Below are positions 18,535 to 28,100 of a stretch of DNA of 32,000 bases, piece after piece. The notes below the pieces were generated by a model. It did not search any database. It worked only from the letters and a program-made list of their open reading frames with translations, and was not told where the DNA came from. The position numbers and the translations under genes are program-made. The stretch is from Candidatus Thorarchaeota archaeon (GTDB taxonomy: Archaea; Asgardarchaeota; Heimdallarchaeia; Hodarchaeales; Hodarchaeaceae), in the NCBI GenBank assembly GCA_048882505.1, contig JBHLRO010000027.1:1-32000 (forward strand), in the 5' to 3' direction. Position 1 is the first letter of the stretch. Each line of letters starts with the position of its first letter.

Positions 18535-19932
18535 ATGAAATCTAGAAGGACCGTGATCCTATTTTGTACAATCATTTTGTCTATAAATGTATACACAGCA
18601 TCATCTCTTATCGTCACTAGTACTAATGAGCAAAAGCCGATAAGTTCAGTAACGGAAGCAATGAGTACCGTTGAGAAGAAATTAAAGTCCAATGCACAGG
18701 TGTTTGAAGAAATAAACGTATCAACCATACTTTCTAAACTAAAAACGACAGGAAAGTTTGTTTTATCATTACCAGACAGAGATATCACGTTAAACCTCAA
18801 TGAGAAGGATTATAATTTGGACTCTTCTGAGGAAATTTATTTTTATAACGGATTTGTGGAGAATTATGAAAATAGCGAGGCGTATTTAACATTAGATAAT
18901 CATCGTATTTCAGGAAGAATAGAATTCCCAACTAAGGATCGGGGTATTCAATCATATTCAATTTCGCATATTTCTGACTATATTAATCCAAAGATCAACG
19001 AAAAATCACCGATCCATATAATACGGCAATTAAACAAATTCAATAATACAGCGTATGATCAAGTAACGAATTCTTTTTATGAATTAACTGAAGACGATAT
19101 ACCAAAATCTGATAATAATTCTGATTACACTTGCTGCGCCGATCAGGAACAGGAAAATGGAATCATAAGGACTCTTCACGACAGATTATCTTCAATTAGT
19201 GCGAGTGGTTACTATGCAAAGGTAAAAATTTTTGCCGATTATTACTACTATCAACATTACGGAGACACCAATTGGTATTATATGGATGAAGTGAATTATG
19301 TTATTGGCAAATGGGGAGTTTCTGAACAGCAAAATCCTGACATTCAAATATCAGTGAAAACAACAGATGTTTGGACAAGTACAAGTGAAGGTGGGGGTTG
19401 TTATTCCGCTACAAGTATGTCTGATCTTCTTAGTAAATTTAGAAGTTGGGGCAATAGCCAAGGCATATTCGGTACCTGGAGCGGGCCGGGACCTGGTGAC
19501 CATTGGAACGGTGATACTGACTTTGCATTATTAATGACGGGAAAAGACTGGGCTGATTACCTGGGAATGGCTTACTATCAAGATGCTGGAGTTTACAACT
19601 CAGGTACTTATAAGTATGCATTATGTGAAATATGGCCTGGATTGTTTACAGAAATTGTTGCTTGGGGAATAAGCCATGAGTGGGGGCATTTGTTTGCAGG
19701 ACATCATGATGCTGCTCATGGGGGTCCATGGGGTCATCGTGCCTGGGCATGGTGTGATGCTTGGTTTTTTGGAATTTGCACTGGATATCGTCAAACAAAT
19801 ATGTGGTACGGATATATTTTCCTACAAGCTTCGATTGGAGTCTTTTCAAAGGCAAATGTTGATGGAGCTAGTTCAGCCGAGAATAATATTTATTATATTC
19901 GCCAGTGGCGAAATAATTACTTGAGATCTTAG
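18535..19932 (+). CDS. Secreted metzincin zinc metalloprotease (M12B/reprolysin-like) with prodomain
   Basis: Signal peptide; prodomain ending in TCCAD; HEWGHLFAGHHD at 19675-19710; Met-turn TNMWY. Confidence 0.82.
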   Translation: MKSRRTVILFCTIILSINVYTASSLIVTSTNEQKPISSVTEAMSTVEKKLKSNAQVFEEINVSTILSKLKTTGKFVLSLPDRDITLNLNEKDYNLDSSEEIYFYNGFVENYENSEAYLTLDNHRISGRIEFPTKDRGIQSYSISHISDYINPKINEKSPIHIIRQLNKFNNTAYDQVTNSFYELTEDDIPKSDNNSDYTCCADQEQENGIIRTLHDRLSSISASGYYAKVKIFADYYYYQHYGDTNWYYMDEVNYVIGKWGVSEQQNPDIQISVKTTDVWTSTSEGGGCYSATSMSDLLSKFRSWGNSQGIFGTWSGPGPGDHWNGDTDFALLMTGKDWADYLGMAYYQDAGVYNSGTYKYALCEIWPGLFTEIVAWGISHEWGHLFAGHHDAAHGGPWGHRAWAWCDAWFFGICTGYRQTNMWYGYIFLQASIGVFSKANVDGASSAENNIYYIRQWRNNYLRS

Positions 19933-19962
19933 TAAAAATTAAGAGAGTGCTATTGAGAAACA

Positions 19963-20364
19963 ATGCAAGGCAATATAAAGCTCTTCGCTATTGGTGCGAT
20001 TCCTGTTTTGGCAATTACAGTTCTAGGAATAATATTTCTCTTCAATGCGGGGTTCCCCGTTATTGATCCAGGTATCACTGAAAATAATTTCACTATCATG
20101 ATAGTTGAAAGAAAAGCCACTCTGCCTTCCCCTTCTGATCCTTTCCTAAATGTATCTGAATCTCAAATTAATCGGTGTATGATCTTAAAAACAGCGTGTC
20201 AGGATCTCATTGAGAACGATCAAGATTTGATTGAAATTAAAATTAATGGTAGCGAATTAACCTGCATTACTTCATTTCTGGAATCACTATCGCCACAAGG
20301 TGCCGGTACTTCTTTGATTTACTATCAAGGATTTTATTTTGAAATTGCCTTCTTAGTAGGTTAA
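19963..20364 (+). CDS. Hypothetical N-terminally membrane-anchored protein
   Basis: One N-terminal TM then a ~100-aa soluble domain with 3 Cys; starts 30 nt after the protease stop. Confidence 0.7.
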   Translation: MQGNIKLFAIGAIPVLAITVLGIIFLFNAGFPVIDPGITENNFTIMIVERKATLPSPSDPFLNVSESQINRCMILKTACQDLIENDQDLIEIKINGSELTCITSFLESLSPQGAGTSLIYYQGFYFEIAFLVG

Positions 20365-20694
20365 TATTTCATCATATATCGTAAGCAGCGGAATTAATAG
20401 TGAAGGAAAGGGAAGAATTCCACGAATCGGAGTGACTGTCAATAAAGCGAGAGGAATAAGAAGGGAAATTTGGCCTATTTGAGCTCGTGCCAGGATAGGA
20501 ACCTCGACTAATTCATATGTTTAACCCCCTCAAAATTTAAACTCTTTCTTTTTTTTCTGGATGAGATCACGGAATTAGATGCTAATCACATCCCCTAATA
20601 GGTCCCGTCAGAGATCCGAGAGAAAAACGTTTACAACCGGGTAATTCTCGTACCCCAACCAAACCCATTAAGGAACACCAATTTCTAAGATGTT

Positions 20695-21777
20695 CTAGTT
20701 ATTCGCAGAACTTAATCGAATACCAAGTCGTGAGACAATAAACATGTTAAGAGAAAAAAACCAGATCCAGAATGAATAAATCAGAATGAAGTTGTGCCAA
20801 TTATTGCTGGTACTAATCCCCCTAAGTGAAACCACAAAAAATATCTGTACAAGAAGAATTAGTAGAAAGAACCGAAGCCAACGAGGTCTCGGAGGAAATT
20901 CTTTGTCTAATCCCTGTAATATATTTCTTATTGTTGCTTTCTGGATTTTTTTTTCATTATTAGGACGCTCTTTGCGTTGAATAGTGATTCTCCTCCCTTC
21001 TTCAACTCCTGACCGATGGTTTAATAAATAAAGATTCAATTTGATTCGTATGGGCTGCCAATAATAAACCATAAATGCAATAGAATGCAATAAAGGCCCT
21101 GGGAAAAAAATTATAGCCTCCTGAATAACATAAAAGACTCCATTGTCAAAATAGTAAGAAGTAATAGGATTAGGTATGATTTTATTCAGAATTGCTATAA
21201 GAGCAGAAAAAATTGTAAAACTCATAAAATAGAAAATGAACCAAACATAAATCCATTTCAAAATAGGTATTTTCGTATTGGTTGCGTAATCTTGCCACTC
21301 TTCCAGTTCAGTGGCACTTTTGGGGGGTGGATCACACCAAGCGAGACAAAACCCAAATAGACCTAATATTATTGTTAATCCAAGGTATAATGTTAGAACA
21401 GGGATAACAAGTATCATTCCCCCTGAATCAGTCCTAGAAGTTGTAAATACCCCGATACCAATAGGAATCATGAAATATCCTGCAATTCCAAAAAATAACC
21501 CATAATTATTTGCACTTATTAAAGAAGAAAGTTTTTGAGTCATTGTTTTAAAAACTAAAAGATCAAGCGTGAAAAATGTCACCAAACAACTAATATAATA
21601 AACCGCGGGGCCTACCAAGATCATCAAGAAGTTTTCATCCTGTGTCCATCCAAAAGGATCCCACCCAGAAATCAACCAACCAAATGTTCCAAGAAAGACT
21701 GTAATTGTGGCAGAGGCAGCAAAACAACAAGCAATAAATGAATAAATCAAATTTGAAAAAACAGATTGCTGTTCCAC
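20695..21777 (-). CDS. Polytopic membrane protein, paralog 3 of the island family
   Basis: GWLISGWDPFGW, IPIGI, FFPGPLLHSIAFMVYYW align by eye with 23984-25102. Confidence 0.85.
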   Translation of the reverse strand: MEQQSVFSNLIYSFIACCFAASATITVFLGTFGWLISGWDPFGWTQDENFLMILVGPAVYYISCLVTFFTLDLLVFKTMTQKLSSLISANNYGLFFGIAGYFMIPIGIGVFTTSRTDSGGMILVIPVLTLYLGLTIILGLFGFCLAWCDPPPKSATELEEWQDYATNTKIPILKWIYVWFIFYFMSFTIFSALIAILNKIIPNPITSYYFDNGVFYVIQEAIIFFPGPLLHSIAFMVYYWQPIRIKLNLYLLNHRSGVEEGRRITIQRKERPNNEKKIQKATIRNILQGLDKEFPPRPRWLRFFLLILLVQIFFVVSLRGISTSNNWHNFILIYSFWIWFFSLNMFIVSRLGIRLSSANN

Positions 21778-22260
21778 AAGATTCCCCTATCTATCATCGC
21801 TTTATCTTTAGGATACCTCTCTAATTTCCTAAGGTTATATCTTCCTATTGAATCGTTTTATTTAGCTGTCATTAAGATTTGCGTTTTACCTTCATTTTTA
21901 CTATACAAAATAGAAATCTTGATATGGATTGACATTGAGTTAAAAGTGAGTCTAAAAGTCCTTATCGTACCGAAGACGAAAAGACCTCCCAATTACTCCC
22001 AAATTTTGGCCTCTTTTTGGATGAGAAGTATATTTTTCGCCCAATATTCCTCAAGCTTATCGTTAGAGTTTGATTTTGTTTCAATGAAAAATCGGAAGCC
22101 TTATTAAGCCTAGGTTTTATATTTAAAACAAAGAATTGATCAAATCCATCATATTGCCTAGATCAAAGTCAGAAATTGACTTCGCACTGATTAGTGGTAC
22201 CATTGGTAGAGGATGAACGAGAATCGATCCATGAAAAGGTTTAACTTCAATCTTTCTTAG

Positions 22261-22917
22261 TTGATCTTTATGCCGCATATCGAAGCATTTGAGCAAGGCC
22301 TAGATCAGAAAAAACCTCAGGTCGATTCTATTAAGATCCGATGGTGGAATGTTAAACGACGGGTCTACCGATCCTGGCTTATAAAAGATTATTTTACGCA
22401 TACAATTCGTGATCCAAGTGTCTGGGTTTTTGAAGAGCGATGGAAGAATTATCTGGCACTGTTTTTATCTTCTTTTTTCGCATTAACCTTTCTACTATTT
22501 CCCCTCGGACTACTGTATTTTTGGATGTTATCTATCTCTAGTCTCTACGATTTACTTTACTTGATTGGAGTAGGAGGAGCGTTTTTCCCAATAACGTACT
22601 TTCTGGCTGCACTCTTGTTGAATAATGCATATAATCAATGGTTTCGTTTCAAAAGTACTAAAAAATTAACCCTTGATCGACAATCCCGCCTCCTGGTGTG
22701 GGAACTCAAACCGTGGTTGATGAAGGATTCCAAACATCAAATCCCACTTAGTAGTTTCACCACCCGGATAATCCAACGATCTTCTTCTGATTATAGAAAG
22801 ATCCATATTGTCAGAGGAGAGACTGAGTTCGCTGCCTTTGATCTTTATCGATCAGTGGATAGAACCAAGGTAAGGAAGTTTTGGAGTAACCTTAGTACTT
22901 TTCTTCAAAAAGCATAG
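22261..22917 (+). CDS. Hypothetical membrane protein (2 TM hairpin plus C-terminal beta-rich, possibly bPH-like, domain)
   Basis: Two hydrophobic segments followed by LTLDRQSRLLVWE...IHIV; no confident family. Confidence 0.6.
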   Translation: MIFMPHIEAFEQGLDQKKPQVDSIKIRWWNVKRRVYRSWLIKDYFTHTIRDPSVWVFEERWKNYLALFLSSFFALTFLLFPLGLLYFWMLSISSLYDLLYLIGVGGAFFPITYFLAALLLNNAYNQWFRFKSTKKLTLDRQSRLLVWELKPWLMKDSKHQIPLSSFTTRIIQRSSSDYRKIHIVRGETEFAAFDLYRSVDRTKVRKFWSNLSTFLQKA

Positions 22918-23039
22918 GGAACAGATAATTGAATAACTTTCCATTCCAAGAGGAGAATGTAACTACAGCCCCCACTCTTCACAGTTTTGTGTGAACTACC
23001 CTCTTTTCTAAACAGGTTCTCCCCTACCTCTCTGTTAAA

Positions 23040-23720
23040 TTAGGTTTTCTTTTTTTTTGAGAACCGATGGCTAGATAGAACAAAAAGCGTTGTGAATATC
23101 CATGTCCAGATAACTAGGATCCCAAAGAAGATGATTACTTTTTCATTTCTTCCTGGTAAGATTATTGCACCAAGAATGAATATATAAAAGATTAGGGGAA
23201 ATGCAAAATACCCTTTCATTAGGTGAACAACCCAATCTTTGTAAGTTCGTTTTGCATGGAATCTGTAACGATTAATAGTCCTATCAATTGTGTTAATTAA
23301 GGATAAATCGTTATTTCGGATATTATACTTCTTTAAATTGGGCTTCTCCTCCTGTCTTATCCTTAGTAAAACGCGATCTACCCCCTTACCAATTGCTCTC
23401 CGATAATAAGTTATAAAGGCTAGAGTATGGAGAAAAGGGACGGGAAACAGTAAGATACTGGCTAGCCAAAACTCTAGATTCTTAACTTCGAGGAAGGAAG
23501 AGAGAAAAGGATTCGGAAAAAAAAAATTAATAAATAACAAGACAATGAATACGAATACCGAACCCAATCCGTAGAAGACTAGATATAAAACAATCCATTT
23601 TTCAACAAGTATTGTGAGACCGGGAAGAGGAGGAGTTGAGGCTTGAAGTTCTTTAGACTCCCAATGATTGGGGAGGGGACGCCATCCCAAATATAATCCG
23701 CTTAATCCAAACAACATCAA
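23040..23720 (-). pseudogene. C-terminal half of the membrane family (paralog 2), 5'-truncated
   Basis: FGLSGLYLGW, FFPNPF.S, LLFPVPFLHTLAFITYY match the second halves of the two full-length paralogs; the WDPxGW N-terminal half is absent. Confidence 0.7.
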
Positions 23721-23901
23721 TCAAGCCATCATTATTGAAATCAAGAAATTTTTCAATTGGTTCTCCCACAAACTCCACCTCAACACTTGTCTCATTGGAA
23801 TTAATAGGGAGGGGAAGAGGAATACTTCCATGAATAGGTGTAATCATCAATAAAATGGAGGGAACTAGAAAAACAATAAGAACTCTTCGATAGCGAGACA
23901 G
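23653..23901 (-). pseudogene. 5' stub of a secreted-protein gene (signal peptide plus DxNxDG motif)
   Basis: Frame from CTG 23901: LSRYRRVLIVFLVPSILLMITPIHG-SIPLP...EKFLDFNNDGLIDVVW. It then runs out of frame into paralog 2 and stops at 23653. Confidence 0.6.
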
Positions 23902-23983
23902 GATGGATCCCTCAGTTTACGGTAATGATTAACTCGATGTCAGAATTTAAACTCTTCCATTTTTTCTAGAATGGACTAGGATT

Positions 23984-25102
23984 TCAATCTACCTTCCCTT
24001 TATAATCGCTCTCATTTATTAATCCGAATTTAAGTGCTATAGTGGTGGAAAAAACTGGAATAAAGAGAAAAACCCAAGCCCATATTGCATAAATCAAACT
24101 TGGTAGCCATGAACCAGAGAACATCACATAAAATACTATTAAGAAAATTGAATCAGCAAATGTTATCCAAGCAATCTCAAACCATCCTGCCTTCTTAAAT
24201 TCTGTTTCTTCGTTTTGTCCACCACTGATTTCTTTTTGATTATAATTTCCTTTTCTATTGGTATTAATCTGATTCATAGGTGTCCTTTTAAATTCATTTG
24301 CTTTAGATCGGCTTTCTATCAGATATAAATCCATTTTTGTTTTAATAGGTCGCCAATAGTATATTACAAATGAGACAGTATGCAGAAAGAGTCCCGGAAA
24401 GAAGATTAATGCTAGTCCAACTACTATATATTTTTCTTGATCCTCAAAATAGTAAGAGGTGAATACATTAGGAAAAAGGGATCCAATGAACAGTAAAAGC
24501 ATTATAAAGGAACTAATTCCAATAATATAAACAATAAAATAAACTAATAACCATCTATAGGTAGGTATCTTGGCATCATCAAGATACTCTCGCCAAGCTT
24601 GGATTTCAGTTTCGTTTTCTACAGATGGTTCATACCATGAAAGATATACTCCTAATATCGCTAGAATCACAAATAATTCTATATAAACACCCCAAATAGG
24701 AACCCAAAAAGTTGGATCTCCGATAGAGACATTTGTTGAAAGAATTAGTCCAATAGGAATCGAAAATACACCCCATAATCCCAGTGCTGAAGCGAATGGG
24801 AGCGAAAAGAGTAAATAATATATTTTGTTGACCGTTTTTCTGCTGACTAAGATTTGTAAAGTAAAAATGGCAATCAAGCAGCTGAAAAAGAACATAATAG
24901 GTCCAAAGGATATCCCCGTAAAGTTGTTGGTATCCAACCATCCCATGGGATCCCATCTTGTAATAAGCCATCCTAAGGTCGCAAGAAAAAATGAAAAAAA
25001 ACCAAATAGGATAAAACCAGCTGAAATGGCGGTATAAAATAAGAAAGAAGTTAATTTCTGTTTCAAAATTACCATAATTATTAATCTACCTATTCTGCCC
25101 AC
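23984..25102 (-). CDS. Polytopic membrane protein, paralog 1 of the island family (candidate cognate immunity protein)
   Basis: GWLITRWDPMGW, IPIGL, FFPGLFLHTVSFVIYYW. GTG 25102 overlaps the giant gene stop; ATG 25075 is 14 nt after it. Confidence 0.85.
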   Translation of the reverse strand: MGRIGRLIIMVILKQKLTSFLFYTAISAGFILFGFFSFFLATLGWLITRWDPMGWLDTNNFTGISFGPIMFFFSCLIAIFTLQILVSRKTVNKIYYLLFSLPFASALGLWGVFSIPIGLILSTNVSIGDPTFWVPIWGVYIELFVILAILGVYLSWYEPSVENETEIQAWREYLDDAKIPTYRWLLVYFIVYIIGISSFIMLLLFIGSLFPNVFTSYYFEDQEKYIVVGLALIFFPGLFLHTVSFVIYYWRPIKTKMDLYLIESRSKANEFKRTPMNQINTNRKGNYNQKEISGGQNEETEFKKAGWFEIAWITFADSIFLIVFYVMFSGSWLPSLIYAIWAWVFLFIPVFSTTIALKFGLINESDYKGKVD

Positions 25103-28100
25103 AACATAAATACTGCTGCCATACCCAAATCTAGAAATGTACCAATACCAAACAGTATTAATGATCTTTTGGTAGGTGATTTGAGAGAGGGAATATTATC
25201 CCAATTTATAAATCCATATTCTCGACCATGCCTTTTGCCCTCGTATCTATCTGCGTTCACAAGAAGATGCAATATTCCTGCTTGTAAAAAAAACAGAATA
25301 TCTCCAGCAAGAACTGGATCATCATTCAAAAAATGCTTAACAGCGGTTTCAGGCCCAAATATGGGAAAAATTATCCCCGCCATTGTAGCGATAGCAGCTA
25401 CGATCTGTAATCCGTTAGAAAAAATAGCTTTGAATTGATTCCACTTTAAACTCGTTTTCTTTTCTACTCTTGGTTCAAAAATTTGTTCAACTATTGGGAT
25501 CTCGAAAAAGCTGCCCAGCATTGTTCCAATCTGATTAAATAAAAATGAAAGAACATTAGCTCCTAAGTAATTGAACCTTACTCCATACTCCGAAATGATT
25601 GAACCAGGGAGATTCAAGAGAGGATTTCCCCCGACATACGCCCAGTTTAGGGTTGCCCAAAACACTGACTCGATATCCATGACAAATGCTAGTAATTCAC
25701 CAACTTCAGAAGCTGTTGCAATAACGCTATAAGATCTTGAAAGTATTGCTGTGAATAAAAAGATTGAAATCGAAGTTAACTTCTGTAAAGTAGAATGGTT
25801 ATGCTCTCCTGGGGAATTGGAAAGAACAGATGAAAATGAACCCCTGCCCCCGGTTTGATGAGCTGTCGGGAATATTGCTGTTGGATTAATTAAATACAGA
25901 AGACCCCCAATAAAGGTCGTACTTAGATCGAAAAAGGCTTTAAAAATTAGATTCTGAGAAGCTGATCTTAATCTGGTCATAAGAAAAGTCAGTAAGTCTC
26001 CCCACAATGAAAAATTCAATATATTTTCGAGTGATCCTAATTGATGAATAATCCCAGAAAATGTAATTATGTTCTCTAATCCAGGCGAACTAAAATTCTC
26101 CACCAACTCAATAAAGCTATCTATGTGTTGATCACCCCATGATTCAAGGTTTAAAATATTTGAAAAGGAAATTATGTTATTATTTCCCCACGATACAATT
26201 AATGCTTTGAAAGCAGTTGTTATTGTTATTTTCAAAAATTCAGAAACTAACGTGAAAACCAAATCGGGTCCAATAAGACTCAGCAGGTCTTGGATGATAC
26301 CGGGAAAAGCGAAAACCTGTTGTGCAACTTTTATCGTTTGATAAAATGAATCAGCCGGACCTAACATGGTAGCAACATTAGTAGCAAGAGGTTTGATCAC
26401 TTCTTTAAGATTGACACTACTGAAGGAAGCTTCTAGTCTTTGTATTATTGTTGTCCAATCTGTATTTTCAAAAATATTGAGAAAAATCTCCTTAACATAA
26501 TTCTTATAAATTCCAATGATGGGTAATTCTCCCGTTAACGCTTGTGTCATAATTGTCAGAACCACTTTCACCGTGGTTACTGCCACCTCTTTGATGACTT
26601 CTACAACGGAGCCTAAGGCGGGCGCAATAAGTTGATCCCACACATTCAACAGGAAATTCACCACCCCCACTGCTAGCCCCACCAATGTAGTAATTATGGC
26701 TGCTACAATTAGAAGAGCAGCTGCGATAAGCGCCCCAATAAAGTTCACCAGATCCTCAAAGAATTGTTCAATACCACTCTTTGCATCGGGAAAGCCAAGC
26801 CTTGTGGTTATATTCAGACGACCATAAACAGAGGCAACAAATTCTGGGTTGGCTTCTAATTGCTGCTTGTTATAATTTAATAAAGTAACCAGATCTGCCG
26901 CTAACTGATTAACATAGGTTAATCTTTCATGACCTGGGTCTTCTGGACCATGCTCTCTTCTCCACGGTCTTAATTTCATACTAAGCCAAAGAGTTAAGAA
27001 ATCGGTTTTTGAGAGATCATAAGGGGTTCTTACTCGGTATACTGTAATAATTGGTAAAGGTATAATGTCATCGCTCCAATTAATACCAAGCCAGTCATCG
27101 TATTGTCTGATTGCGATTGTTGTGGTATCAAATAATCCACTTTCAAGTTCATCTTTCGTAAAAGAAACGACAGGAGATGTTACCTCATACCCTCTCACTA
27201 AGTCAATACCAAAGGGAACATCGTGGTAGATATGGGCATAATCAGCCACCATTGTATAGGTATTACCCGATTTCGAAAATGCCCCCGAATCTTCAATGTA
27301 GGCGCGGAAAATCTTAAACCGTGCATTATTAAACGCATTTGAGGAGATAAAAGCGGTATTTTCTGGGCCTACATTCTGTATCATTTCCTTAGCGTCGTAT
27401 GCGGGAGAAACTGAGGTTTCACTCCTGTAATAAAGCCCGTTGCCTGGGAATTCTACCCGAATTTGTGACTGATACGTTTCATAGGAATAGCGCCCTTTTC
27501 CAGATGTATCTAGTGAACGGATGGCCAATAGGTTGTTTGAGGCATCATAGATGTTGACCCGATGAGTCGTTGCAACAAGGGATCCACCTTGCCTATCTAA
27601 TAACATTGGAGGATCCTTCTTCAAAGTTTCTGCCAGATTGAATTCGATAGTCCAGGGGGGATCATTTTCGGGGGCTTCTCGATCAATGGAGAGGGAAGCA
27701 TCCATTAAGGTAGTTCGTGAATAGGCGGCGGTCAGGGGAGTGCCATGGATGTATTCTTCATAATCCGTTAATCCATCACTGTCAGTATCAGTGGCCTGGG
27801 GGTTACTTCTGGCTTCATATTCTTTGGCATCAGTTAAGCCATCGTGGTCGGTATCCGTCAGAAGCGGATTGGAAAACACATGCTGTGTATGGTAGGCCGT
27901 GCTAGATCCTTGCAGTAGGACGGTGATGTTCCAACCATAGACTTCCAGGCCATCTTGGAGGGAATCATCATCAGTATCATCATCGGTGGGATCTGTATTA
28001 ACTAGGAATTCACCTATGCCCGTGCTGGCTTGGTACCCATCCCATAACCCATCATTATCTGTGTCAGAACGCGCAGGATCCGTTCCATAAGTCGATTCTT

